Positions 22,653 to 35,829 of a DNA stretch of 64,000 nucleotides are shown here, piece after piece. The DNA lies in NCBI GenBank assembly GCA_951406725.2, contig OX597819.1, positions 13,826,001-13,890,000 on the forward strand, in the 5' to 3' direction. The translations under genes and the position numbers were made by a program. Each line of letters opens with the position of its first letter. Within the stretch, counting starts at the first letter, position 1. The notes under the pieces are model-generated. The model worked only from the letters and a program-made list of their open reading frames with translations. It did not search any database and was not told the DNA's origin. The DNA is from Octopus vulgaris (lineage: Eukaryota).

Positions 22653-23548
22653 TAGGATGATATAGAAGTATGACAGAGATTTTCCCAAAGTCCAGCTAGC
22701 TGTAGGAAATATATAACAAGTTACTTAATATAGAAGGGTATGTGATATCAGAGTATGAAAGCGATTTCTTTCTGCTCCATTGATTGATATGAAACTGGAG
22801 CTAAACATAACACAACCACACAGCTCTTGAACAATCTTCAAGTTTAGCAAATATTTGCATCCTTTACCTGTGAGCCACTCCATCTCCTGTTGTTCATCAT
22901 TGTTGTTGAGCCCCATGTTTTACCTTATTAAGCACACTTGTGATCAGAGACATCTTTGACTGTTTATTTTGGACTACATTACCCAATGTCTTTCCTTTCA
23001 TTTTAAAATAGTCGTGTGAAATTTGAGAGAGGTTTCTGCTGTTATTTCTAGTGAGTCAAGGAACCACATGGAGGTTCTTTCTAATTGTGTCATAGCAGGG
23101 TTGATAATGTGGCAAAAGACAACAAGGGCAGCATTTCTTAAGAAGTTGGTATACTGTGTTTTGAGAGAGATTTGGGTTCTACTTCTAGGAAATTGTGTGA
23201 CCATGTGGGGCCACTCTGTCTGACTTTTTATTTTTTGAGCAGGGTTGACAGATGCTATATACAAGTCAACAGCAATAACAACAACAACAACAACAGCAGT
23301 CATAACAACATGAACTAATGAGAGAACCTCTGCATGGTTGCTTGACCTGCTAGAAATAACTCAACTCTCCCTCAGATCACATTCTTCTGCCTGAAATAAA
23401 TATGGACCCAATTGACAGTATAATCATTGATATACGAACAAAAAAATGGTTGCAGCCTGAATACCTTTGATCATAGGCGTTCTTCATCAGAGTTGGCTTG
23501 GGTCTCTAAACAAACAATAACAACAACTACAAAAACATTAACACAAAA

Positions 23549-23708
23549 GAGTGGCTGTGTGGTAAGTAGCTTGCTTACCAACTACATGGTTCCGGGTTCA
23601 GTCCCACTGCGTGACACCTTGGGCAAGTGTCTTCTACTATAGCCTCATGCTGACCAAAATTTTGTGAGTGGATTTGGTAGACGGAAACTGAAAGAAGCTT
23701 GTCGTATA

Positions 23709-23771
<63 letters not shown>

Positions 23772-23981
23772 ATATGTTTGTTTGTCTGTGTTTGTCACCG
23801 TAGCTTGACAACTGATGCTAGTGTGTTTATGCCCCTGTAACTTAGCAGTATGGCAAAAGAGACCGATAGAATAAGTACTAGGCTTACAAAGAATAAGTCC
23901 TGGGGTTGACTTGCTCAACTAAAAGGCAGTGCTCCAGCATGACCGCAGTCAAATGACTGAAACAAGTAAAAGAATAAAAGA
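23549..23981 (+). mobile_element. SINE family A
   Basis: Colinear with other A copies. Confidence 0.9.
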
Positions 23982-24000
23982 ACATATATATATATATATA

Positions 24001-24296
24001 TCGTGGCTGAAGCCAGTGCCGCCTCGACTGGCTTCCGTGCAGGTGGCACATAAAAATGCACCAATCCGACCATGGCCGATACCAGCCTCGCCTGGCACCA
24101 GTGCAGGTGGCACGTAAAAAGCACCCACTACACTCACGGAGTGGTTGGCGTTAGGAAGGGCATCCAGCTGTAGAAACATTGCCAGATAAGACCGGAGCCT
24201 GGTGCAGCCTTCTGGCTTCCCAGATCCCCGGTCGAACCGTCCAACCCATGCTAGCATGGAGAACGGACGTTAAACGATGATGATGATGATGATGAT
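24001..24296 (+). mobile_element. SINE family E
   Basis: Two array units plus (GAT)n tail. Confidence 0.85.
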
Positions 24297-24554
24297 ATAA
24301 AAGCCTAGCATCATGGAAGAGATCCAAGTGAAGCAGTTAATAGAACAGACTTAATCCTATTATATCAATTGTCTTAGTATTGTCTTAATAGTATAATCTT
24401 AATATTATGGAATTAGTAGTATAAATATTACAACGAATTTACAGCTCTTCACAGCAGAAATCTAACATCGGTATTCACCTCAAAACAAACTTGTTCTTTC
24501 TCAATTACTAAATTTAAGAACAAACAGCAGGGTGGGTGGATATTTGGTATGTGT

Positions 24555-24593
<39 letters not shown>

Positions 24594-24945
24594 TTCTTTT
24601 ATTCTTTTACTTGTTTCAGTCATTTGACTGTGGCCTTTAGTCGAGCAAATTGACTCCAGGACTTATTCTTTGTAAGCCTAGTACTTATTCTGTCGGTTTC
24701 TTTCGCCGAACTGCCAAGTTATGGGGATGTAAACACACCAGCATCAGTTGTCAAGTGATGTTGGGGCACAAACACACACACATGATGGGCTTCTTTCAGT
24801 TTCCATCTACCAAATCCACTCACAAGGCTTTGGTCGGCCCAAGGCTATAGTAGAAGACATTTACCCAAGATAATAAGCAGTGGGACTGAACCTGGAACCA
24901 TGTGGTTGGGAAGCAAGCTTCTTACCAAACAGCCACTCCTGCGCC
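24594..24945 (-). mobile_element. SINE family A
   Basis: Reverse-complement copy with a short internal microsatellite. Confidence 0.85.
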
Positions 24946-25067
24946 ATATATATATATATATATATATACAGAGAGAGAGAGAGAGAGAGGGGAAGTGACT
25001 TGTATGTGCTGAGCCATTTGTGTGTGGCTCGCTAATATATATATTCCATCTTCCACATTTCATTTGC

Positions 25068-25096
<29 letters not shown>

Positions 25097-25099
<3 letters not shown>

Positions 25100-25470
25100 G
25101 GTGGCACATAAGAAAACCATCCGAACGTGACCGTAGCCAGTACCGCATCGACTGGCCTCCGTGCTGTGGGCACGTAACAAACAACATCCGAGCATGGCCG
25201 TCGCCAGCCTCGTCTGGCACCTATGTTGGTGGCACATAAGAAAACACCATCCGAGCGTGGCCGTCTCCCAGCCTCGTCTGGCACCTGTATCGGTGGCACA
25301 TAAAATCACCCACTACACTCTCGGAGTGGTTGGCGTTAGGAAGGGCATCCAGCTGTAGAAACACTGCTAGATCTGACTGGCCTGGTGCAGCCTTCGGGCT
25401 TCCCAGACCCCAGTTGAACCGTCCAACCCATGCTAGCATGGAAAGCAGACGTTAAACGATGATGATGATA
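25097..25470 (+). mobile_element. SINE family E with four array units
   Basis: Same subfamily as the inverted copy at 28999-29500. Confidence 0.9.
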
Positions 25471-26640
25471 TATATATGGTTTGATCTGTGTATGTGATAG
25501 ACAAATGATTGATGAAAGGTCATCAAAGAGTTGTTGGGAGAAATAGTTGGATGCTTAACAGAGTTGGGTTAAAAGGTCCTTATGTAGACATATACACAGC
25601 CGAACCTCAATCACTACCATCGTTTCAATGTTTGCTTCACCGTACATGGACAGATGGGCATGTCTTCTCCAGCATCCCTATCACTAATCTTCACACTCCC
25701 TTGTCATCTCCATGGTGTCAATATCCTGAAGTTGGTTTTCATCACTTTCTTTCTTGTCTTCCAAGGTCTCCTGCTTCAACAGGGACCACCCACTTTGAGT
25801 GCCTTGTACTATTTCATGCAGCTATCATTCTCCATACAATCACTTGTACAGCCTTTTCTCTCGTTACCTCTTAAATCCAGTTTTCAGTCCCGCTTCTTTA
25901 TGCCCACTAACATTGTACATCCAGCTGATCATGTTCACTTCATTTCTTTCTAGTCTTCACTAGCTTACCTGTGATTCCAGTACACCTCTTCTGCATCAAT
26001 ACGTTACACTGAGTACACCATACAGAATTTCTACAGAAAATTGTCTTTCCTACTTACTAAAACTTTAGTCTTCACTAAAGAATATTAGAGAGGTGATGGT
26101 AGTAAACCTGGAAAGTTATGGTAGATAATGTGAGGGGTTGAATAATGCTATCCCTTGTTACACAGGTAGAATGGTACAGTGGATAGGAAAGAGGATGAGT
26201 GAGAGGTCAGATGGTAGCATAGGGGTCAGTTGATGGAAATATATCTTTATTGGGTCTCTCGCCAATTCTTATATATCCCAACCTCCATGATTGCCATCAA
26301 TATTCTAATCACAGTTTTTGTCATTATTACACTAACAGGTATGTCTTTTCTTGCTGTCAATCTCACCAATTGTCATCTCCTGTGAAGTTCAGTTTCTTGA
26401 GATTAATCATCAACATCTCATCTCATGTTTTTCTAGATCTACCTCATACCCAGGCCCCGTCTACTCGAAATGCTCAGTATATGTTTACACTACTGTGCTG
26501 GGCACCCTCCATCTGCATCACATACCTCTATTAACACTGTCTTCTCTCTTGCATATTTTAGTTCTTATTCTGATTACTCCCTCAGTTTATTCATGGACCC
26601 CAATATTACAGAATATGTTCACTTCATGTTGTTTTTCTTA

Positions 26641-26930
26641 TCACTTTGATCACTTCACTTTGACCGACCAGTCCGTCAGGCGTCCATTTGACACCACTGG
26701 TCACAGCACGCTGTCCACTCCTCTCTGGATCACGCCTTTCTCATCCACGTGATCCCAATCGTCTTCTTGAAATCGTCACTCCACCGTCGTGGAGGTCTTC
26801 CGGGTGGCCTTTTCCGCTCACGCGGGTACCACTCGACAACTGCGTGCGTCCACCGATTATCGGTGAGCCGGGCGACGTGTCCAGCCCATCTATACTTGCT
26901 GCTTCTATACTTTTTCTTATAGCTGTCACA
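26641..26930 (-). mobile_element. RTE-clade LINE 3' fragment
   Basis: Minus strand translates KYRWAGHVARLTDNRWT..VVEWYPR..KRPPGRPPRRWSDD; (AAGTG)n-like tail. Confidence 0.85.
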
Positions 26931-26980
26931 ATTGTTCCATATTCAAGGCCTTCACCTCACTACCATGCAGCATTACACAG

Positions 26981-27463
26981 TCAGCTCTTCAACCTGAGAG
27001 ATGTTCGGGGAGACATTGCTTCTGTTATCAGAAGAGGCCAATATCTTCCTAAACCATTCTTTCTCTGGTTGCTCTGCATACAGTACACCCACCTCCTTTG
27101 CTCATTACAACAGCTAAGTAACAAATATTGATATGTAGTAAAGGTTGTTTGCCAACATAACATGGCAGTCCTGGTTTAGGACTAATGTTCCTGTAATTTA
27201 GCCCCAGGAAGACATCGTCTCCAACTGGCCATATGACACGATCTGTGTCCTTATATTTTCGAACAAAGGAATCTAACCTCTTCTGATAACAGATGCAATG
27301 TTTCCCTGAACTTCTCTCAGGCTGAAGAGCTGATTGTTCGAAAATATAAGGACGCAGATTGTGTTGTATAGCCAGCTGGAGACGATGTTTCCTGGGGCTA
27401 AAATTACAGCAACATTAGTCCTAAACCAGGACTGCCATGTTATGTTGGCAAACAATCTTCACT
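26981..27463. repeat. Interleaved inverted repeat A-x-B / A'-B'
   Basis: A 26981-27037 is the inverse of 27277-27333; B 27137-27266 is the inverse of 27334-27463. Confidence 0.9.
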
Positions 27464-27530
27464 CCAAAGTACAGTTGCTGAATATCTCTCGTTGTGAGAT
27501 TTTAAAATAGTAATATTCTAAATATTGATA

Positions 27531-27761
27531 TTACTCTTTTACTCTTTTACTTGTTTCAGTCATTTGACTGCGGCCATGCTGGAGCACCGCCTTTAGTCGA
27601 GCAAATCGACCCCGGGACTTATTCTTTGTAAGCCTAGTACTCATTCCATCGGTCACTTTTGCCGAACCGCTAAGTAACGGGGACATAAACACACCAGCAT
27701 CGGTTGTCAAGCAATGCTAGGGGGACAAACACAGACACACGAACACACATACACACACCCA

Positions 27762-27792
<31 letters not shown>

Positions 27793-27957
27793 ACGACGGC
27801 CTTCTTTCAGTTTCCGTCTACCAAATCCACTCACAAGACTTTGGTCGGCCCGAGGCTATAGTAGAAGACACTTGCCCAAGGTGCCACGCAGTAGGACTGA
27901 ACCCGGAACCATGTGGTTGATAAACAAACTACTTACCACACAGCCACTCCTGCGCCT
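27531..27957 (-). mobile_element. SINE family A
   Basis: Full-length reverse-complement copy. Confidence 0.9.
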
Positions 27958-28408
27958 GTATATATGTATATATTTTACATACAGCTTTCACCCTTCCTCA
28001 GCTGTTGATTGAAGATCACAATAGTTTTGGTCTCTTCTGCTACCAGGGAATGTTCAGGTTCTTTTGTTCCACACTGTAACACGGCTTCCTTTTGTTTCCT
28101 TGTTTATACATGTGCCACCATTATACCGAACCAAGTGCAGCTGTGATTATTCCAGCAGAATTACTGAGTGGATTATTCTTCCTCTCACACCCACCTGCTT
28201 TATTCCAGATGAAGCATTTTCTGCTTCCTTCTTCAGTTCATGAATCACTGCTCCAATAACCTTCCTGAGTCCAATGCCAGCCAAGTAGGAGATCATGGAT
28301 TCTGCTAGAAACCTACAAAATCCAACCTCTACTGGAGGTGGGATGTTGTGGGTTTGTAGCTATATATATTTGTGGATTTCTGTGGGTGTGTGTATGTATA
28401 TTTATGTG

Positions 28409-28463
<55 letters not shown>

Positions 28464-28998
28464 ATGTATATATATCTATATATCTATATATATATTTACA
28501 CACACACACACATATACACCACACTGGCACCGATCCAAATTCATTATATACAAACGTACATAATATACATATGTACATGTATGCACGTACACACAGTGAC
28601 ATTTACGCAGTATCCTCCTACAAGAAGCTCATTAAACAAACAATAATGTGTAGTGAATGAGGATGGTTCCCAAACTGCAAGAAATATATCAGTTCTATTG
28701 TGAAAATAAACATAACTGCACTTGCAGCTGACCTTAATGCCTTCCACAACTATTCAAATAATAAGTGAAGTGTTCTCATACTTAATGTGGTGAGCAATGA
28801 TAACTTTTAATTAATCAAGACTATTCCAGATAAAGGTCAGCACTTCACATTGACCCTTCTAGATTACTATGTACTCTAGGTTGTTGTGCTCTTTTGTTTT
28901 TTTATTTAAATATAATATTGTACTATTTGTTATGTAACAATCTGTTTTTAGTTTATGTGTAGATTAGAGTAAGTTTCTAAGCCTTGACTGAGCAAAGC

Positions 28999-29500
28999 CA
29001 TCATCATCATCATCATCATTTAACGTCCGCTTTCCATGCTAGCATGGGTTGGACGGTTCAACTGGGGTCTGGGAAGCCCGAAGCCTGCACCAGGCCAGTC
29101 AGATCTGGCAGTGTTTCTACAGCTGGATGCCCTTCCTAACGCCAACCACTCCGTGAGTGTAGTGGGTGTTTTTTGTGTGCCACCGACACAGGTGCCAGAC
29201 AAGGCTGGCGAACGGCCACGCTCAGATAGTGTTTATTTTGTGCCACCGACACAGGTGCCACACGAGGCTGGCGAACGGCCACGCTCGGATGGTGTTTTTT
29301 ACGTGCCACCGGCACGGAGGCCAGGCAAGGCTGGCACGGCCACGATCGAATGGTGTTTGTTACGTGCCCACAGCACGGAGGCCAGTCGATGCAGTACTGG
29401 CTACGGCCACGTTCGGATGGTTTTCTTATGTGCCACCGGCACTGGTACCACAAAAATACAAATTCCATTGATGTTCATCGATTTTGATTTGATTTGATTT
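28999..29500 (-). mobile_element. SINE family E with five array units
   Basis: GTGCCACCG(A/G)CAC-type units at 29176-29442. Confidence 0.9.
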
Positions 29501-30059
29501 TGATCAAAGATGTTCCAGCCATGGCCATCTTGTCTGTTTAGAGGCATCAAAGTCTACATTACATAGTGTTTCCTGTCTTAGCTGTTATATCTAAAAGGCC
29601 AGGTGACTATGATGTGGCTCCCTTATATACCAAAATGTTTTTGAGCTTTGTAATTACATATGAGGAAACTGATGTTGGAAAGTAAATTTTTCCATTGCTA
29701 TTGATCTCTACTTATTACTTAACCCCAGGTCAGCATCTGATTCGACTGACCCATGATTGAAGAACTTCCAAGTGTTACCTTTCCATGTTTTTGTCCAAAT
29801 ATATTGTATCCAGGATGATTACATTATCGTTTCTTTTTTAAGGCAACAGGATGTAATAGGGGAGATTTAGCTGCTGTTTCTAGCAAGTTAAGCAACCATA
29901 TAGAGGCTTCCTCTTTCAATTATCACAGTTGTTGTTGCTAATTTTGCTGCTCTCTAGCCAAGGTCAGCCTTCACCGAGCAGATATAGGATGAAAAATATT
30001 CCAACTTACCTGATTAGTCATACGTCATCCAATGTCTCCTTCCTTTTTCTGATACGAAG

Positions 30060-30396
30060 ACATATTTGCTAATATTCAAGCGCTTTTTCCTCACATTGTT
30101 GGAAGGGAAAATATGGAGCCAGGACAATTCTTGATAAACTCACTGAAAATTTTGGAATAATCTCTTCCTCAACCAGCACAAAAATAATCTGATTGATACT
30201 TTTTCGTCCCTTGCCACGTGCCATTCCCGCTTCTTTATGCCCACTAACATATTTGCTAATATTCAAGGCTTTTTCCCTCACATTGTTGAAGGGAAAATAT
30301 GGAGCAGAACAATTCTTGATAAACTCAGGGAAAATTTTGGAATAATCTCTTCCTCAACCAGCACAGAAAAAATCTGATTGATACCTTTCGTCCCTT
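30060..30396. repeat. Direct duplication of ~150 bp with a 35-bp spacer
   Basis: 30060-30212 matches 30247-30396. Confidence 0.95.
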
Positions 30397-30664
30397 CAAG
30401 GTTGATGAAATAAGCCCAGTCGAGCACTGGGGTCAATGTAATCGATTAGTCCCTTCTATGAAATTACTGGCCTTGTGTCAAAATTTGAAACACATAAAAA
30501 GCACCCACTACTCTCTCAGAGTGGTTGGCACTAGGAAGGGCATCCAAGAAGCTCATTAAACAACCAATAATGTGTAGTGAATGAGGATGGTTCCCAAACT
30601 GTAAGAAATATATCAGTTCTATTGTGAAAATAAACATAGGTGCAGGAGTGGCTGTGTGGTAAGT

Positions 30665-30755
30665 ATGTGCTAATGAAAATATATCCATAAACCTTTCAGG
30701 ATTTTTGTGTGCAATTATTTCACAGTCATCAACATACAAGAAGTTCATTAGCAAG
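30665..30755 (-). mobile_element. Tiny RTE reverse-transcriptase fragment (YADD-box region)
   Basis: LLMNFLYVDDCEIIAH....FMDIFSLA in ORF 30464-30766. Confidence 0.6.
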
Positions 30756-31204
30756 TTTCTTACCACACAGCCCTACCTGTGCCCATAAATAAATAAATTT
30801 GTGTGTGTGTGTGTGATGCCCTCATCGCCTCTTCATTCCCCTCCCCCCATGCACCAATGACCTGGGGAGCCATAAATATTATTTCAAAATATTAAGAAAA
30901 TGAAATATATGATGTTCTTATTTGAAAAAAAAGTGTTTTGTGTTGTTGGTGTTGGTGGTGGAATCTAATGCAAAACAAAAGATATTAAACTGTTACAGAT
31001 ATCATAAGTTCAAAACACACACACACACAGAGACTCATACATTTTACACAGCTGGTAATTATTATTTATTATTAGACACACGCATAAATACATTCCTACA
31101 AACAAATAAAAAATAAGAAAATGAAAGAAAACTATATCAAGAATTCTTTAGAAATAATTCTATTCCTAAAGAATGCAAAAGAATACATAATATCTACATA
31201 TATA

Positions 31205-31370
31205 TGAGGGTATGTATGTATGTACATATGTATGTATGTATGTATGTATGTACGTACGTATGTATGTATGTATGTATGTATGTATGTATGTACGTATGTA
31301 TGTATGTATGTATATGCATGTTGTGGTGTGTGTATAATGCTATTTACATACATACATACATATGTATATG
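31205..31370. repeat. (TATG)n microsatellite
   Basis: Direct reading. Confidence 0.95.
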
Positions 31371-32206
31371 TATCATTACAGATAGCATAAATGCATAAGA
31401 AAAATTTGGTTGAGTAAATGTAAAACAGACAGTTTAAGTGAATTGGAAAATAGTTCCTTATCTTCTATCATTGAGGCAAAGAAGACAAAGAATTCAATGG
31501 AGAAAAATATAGGGCAAACAAATATATGTAAATATATATCATCACTATCATCATCATCACCACCACCACCACCATCATCATCATTTAATGTCTTCTTTCC
31601 TTGCTGGTATGGGTTGGATGAATTCACAGGAGCTGGCAAGTCAGAAGACTGCACGAAGCTCTACCGTCTGCTTTGGTTGGGTTCTCAGCTGGATACCCTT
31701 CCTAATGCCAACCACCCTACAGAGTGTACTGGGTGCTATTTTTTTTTATATGGCACCAGCAGCAGTGAGGTTACCAAGTAACTTGCAGAACAAGACCCCT
31801 TAATTGAGTGGGGAGTAGTATGAGGTTGGTGGCTTTTTGCCAGGAGATGAGAAATTAAGAGTATGATAAGAGGGACAGAAACAGGTGTATTGTTGTAGAG
31901 GAGATACATGGCTGCCCCAGGGAGGTGTATACAGTAAAGGAGACCCGGGATTGGCTAGAGTGAGTGAGTGGGTGGGTAAGTTTGCGAGAATGTGAAGGTT
32001 GAGTGGGAGATAGTGGGGAATGTAGTGAATGGACACAGGTAGAGGAAGGGGTTCTTAGAAAGATGTATAATGAGAGAATAGGGACAATGGTGAGTCTCAA
32101 TTTGGGGGGATGTAAGGAAAATAGGAGTGAGTTGAGGAAGCAAAAGATAGTAACATGTACATGAAAAGAAGGGTGTATGTGCATGGAAAACATCATTTAT
32201 CCATAT

Positions 32207-32590
32207 GTGGAAGCACTCCGTCGGTTACGACGATGAGGGTTCCGGTTGATCCGATCAACGGAACAGCCTGCTCGTGAAATTAACGTGTAAATGGCTGAGC
32301 ACTCCACAGACACGTGCACCCTTAACGTAGTTCTCGGGATATTCAGCGTGACACAGAGAGTGACAAGGCTGGCCCTTTGAAATACAGGTACAACAGAAAC
32401 AGGAAGTAAGAGTGAGAGAAAGTTGTGGTGAAAGAGTACAGCAGGGATCACCACCATCCCCTGCCGGAGCCTCGTGGAGCTTTCGGTGTTTTCGCTCAAT
32501 AAACACTCACAACGCCCGGTCTGGGAATCGAAACCGCGATCCTAGGACCGCGAGTCCGCTGCCCTAACCACTGGGCCATTGCGCCTCCAC
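32207..32590 (-). mobile_element. SINE family C, full length with TSD
   Basis: A box TGGCCCAGTGG and B box GTTTCGATTCC on minus; TSD CATTTATCCATAT at 32194 and 32591. Confidence 0.92.
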
Positions 32591-32775
32591 CATTTATCCA
32601 TATACATGTGTGTGTACTCATGGACACATATAATGATGATGATTACATGTACTCCATGTTTAAAGACCCAAAGCTTTTTAATTTCTTCTCAAAGAAACTG
32701 GGAAATCTACATGCTATGGATGTAGACATACTCAAGAATCACCTGGCTAACTTATTGTCGGCAACTGTTGTTTGT

Positions 32776-32820
32776 CACACTCTGATGACGGGTCAATACC
32801 CAGAAACTCGAGTTTGTGTG
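32776..32820 (+). ncRNA. Minimal hammerhead motif with palindromic stem III
   Basis: CACACT-CTGATGA-C-GGGT-CAAT-ACCC-A-GAAA-CTCGAG-TT-TGTGTG. Confidence 0.55.
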
Positions 32821-33025
32821 TATCACAGGTTGAAGACGGGAAGGATGGCTTCCCTTTGCAAAAACTGATAGGGCACAGAAAGTGTGTCAATAGTCTGCTG
32901 GAGAAGGTGTCCTCCTGGGGCTACAAGCTACAGTAGCATCTACCCTTAGTGGTTAGCCACATTTAAGTGGCAAATATACTTCACGATGTCGTGCAGCTGC
33001 TGTTTATACCTCGCTCAGGGATTTA

Positions 33026-33055
<30 letters not shown>

Positions 33056-33060
<5 letters not shown>

Positions 33061-33179
33061 CTCAAGTGTAAATTTCTGATTTTACTTTTGATAGATAGAG
33101 AATATTAAGATCAGGATGGGAATAAGCAAGCCCAAATCAATAAGTTTTCTCTCTCTCCCTCTCTCACACATATCATCAT

Positions 33180-33228
<49 letters not shown>

Positions 33229-33688
33229 TATTCGTGTATTTTAAAGGTCATTTCTATTTATGGACCTTCTTAGTTGTTTGTCTATCTTATACAGTAATGT
33301 GGGGTGATTATAAGCGAGAATGAAGCAACAAGAATGGATAGGTTTTTAGTACAATCGTTTCATACAAGGACAGGTTTTATTAAAAGTTGCAAAAATTACA
33401 GCATATAAACGTGTCCCGTACTCATCAGCTAAAATACATGTGAGTTCTCTAGACATCCTAGTGGTTGAGGCTATACTCATGAAGTAATGTAGATAATTAA
33501 GTAACATAAACAGATTTCAAAAGTTCATTAAAGTTCTTTAAAGATGATGTATATATATATACATCATTTGTTCTCAAGTGTAAATTTCTGATTTTACTTT
33601 TGATAGATAGAGAATATTAAGATCAGGATGGGAATAAGCAAGCCCAAATCAATAAGTTTTCCCTCTCTCCCTCTCTCACACATATCAT

Positions 33689-33737
<49 letters not shown>

Positions 33738-33799
33738 TATTCGTGTATTTTAAAGGTCATTTCTATTTATGGACCTTCTTAGTTGTTTGTCTATCTTAT
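33056..33799. repeat. ~233-bp direct duplication flanking a ~277-bp insert
   Basis: 33056-33290 matches 33568-33799. Confidence 0.95.
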
Positions 33800-33969
33800 T
33801 TATATAATATACGTGAGTGTGGATGATTACATGTATGTATGTATATATGTATGTATAGCTATGCACAGATATACATGCGTAGATACATATGAATATATAC
33901 CAGCCTATATACCTATCTATCTATCTCCCTCCCTTCTGGCTTTCCTCTCTTCCCTCCCCTTTTCTCACT

Positions 33970-34372
33970 TTTACTCTTTTTTACTTGTTTCAGTCATTTG
34001 ACTGCGGCCATGCTGGGGCACCGCCTTTAGTCGAGCAAATCGACCCCGGGACTTATTCTTTGTAAGCCCAGTACTTATTCTATCGGTCTCTTTTGCCGAA
34101 CCACTAAGTGACGGGGCGTAAACACACCAGCATCGGTTGTCAAGCAATGCTAGGGGGTACAAACACAGGCACACAAACATATACACACACACTTATATAT
34201 ATATACATATATACGACAGGCTTCTTTCAGTTTCCGTCTACCAAATCCACTCGCAAGGCATTGGTCGGCCTGGGGCTATAGCAGAAGACACTTGCCGAAG
34301 ATGCCACGCAGTGGGACTGAACCCGGAACCATGTGGCTGGTTAGCAAGCTACTTACCACACAGCCACTCCTG
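33970..34372 (-). mobile_element. SINE family A
   Basis: Reverse-complement copy; a second 3' half follows at 34373-34555. Confidence 0.9.
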
Positions 34373-35627
34373 GACTGTGGCCATGCTAGGGCATAGTCTT
34401 GAAGAGTTTTGGTCAAACAAATCAACCACAGGACTATATTTTTACTAAGCCTGGTACTTATTCTATTGGTTTCTTTTGCCGAACCATTTAGCTTCAGGGA
34501 CATAAACAGACCAACACCAGTTGTCAAGCGGTGGTTGGGGACAAAAGCATACACACTGATCATCATCATCATCATCATTTACCGTCCATCTTCCAAGCTG
34601 GCATGAGTTGGATGGTTTGACAGGAGCCAGCCAGGTAGAAGACTACACCAGGCTTCTGTGTCTGTTTTGGCTTGGTTTTTATGGGTGGATGCCCTTCCTA
34701 ACACCAACCACCCCGTAAAGTGGAACTAGGTGCTTCCTACGTGGTACCAGCACCAACAGGGTCTGTTTTGGCAAGGTTTCTACAGCTGGATGCCCTTCTA
34801 AGTGCCAACCACTTTACAGTGTGGACTGGGTGCTTTTTATGTAGGACCAGCACTGGCAGGGTCACCAAGTAACTTGAAAGACGGCATTTTTGAGAGGGGA
34901 GGAGGCATTGGAGGGGGTGATCTTGTTTCAGATGATGAAAGGTTAGAGTATGACAGAGAGACAGAGAGGCAGAAACAGGTGTCTTGCTGTAGAGGAGGGA
35001 GGTACATGGTTATCTGACCAAGAGATATACTCACCCACCCACACACACACACACACACATTTATATACAATGAGCTTCTTTCAGTTTCCATCTACCAAAT
35101 CCACTCACAAGCAGAAGACACTTACCTTAGGTGCTGCATAGTGGGAGTGAACCCTGGAATCATGTGGTTGGGAAGATAAGTTATCTGCCCAGAGAAAAAT
35201 TAGCAAAGTAGTCTCATCTGATCCATGCAAGCATAGAAAAAAAATTATATATATATGTGTGTGTGTGTGTGTATTTCTATGTGGTTTGGATGTTGTGTCA
35301 AAATACCGAGCAATAATGTATATGCCTGTAAGAAATAATATTTTTTAAATATAACTTACACATCACTACTCATTACACACACCCACTCAAAAACATTTAT
35401 ATACACACAATCATACACATGCCTTAACTTTCCAGTCTTTAATTTTATTCATGCATGCTTGCTTGTTTCTATTTCTGTTCTCTCTCTCCTGTCTGTCTGT
35501 CTCTCTCTCCCCCTCTCACTCTCTCCCCACCCTCTCTCTCCATTCTTCCATTCTTTTACTGCAGTCATGCTGGAATCTAAAGTGTAAGTACAAGAAGCGG
35601 TCAGACTCTGCATAAGGAGTAGACAAC

Positions 35628-35679
<52 letters not shown>

Positions 35680-35762
35680 CCACATATTGGAGGAGGCTCT
35701 CAGTAATAACAGTGTAGCAAAACGACGGTGCATCAGCATGGCTGCAGCTCTGAGCTTAAACT

Positions 35763-35829
<67 letters not shown>

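Noticed and set aside
29160-29450. Repeat-spacer look of the family E arrays as a CRISPR array
   Set aside because: Eukaryotic context, no cas genes, and the 'spacers' are homologous to each other; it is a tandem repeat inside a SINE
29036-29497. Recurrent ORFs of the MLAWVG.../GLLSVSVYQIHSQG... type
   Set aside because: Chance translations of multi-copy SINEs with stops at varying positions
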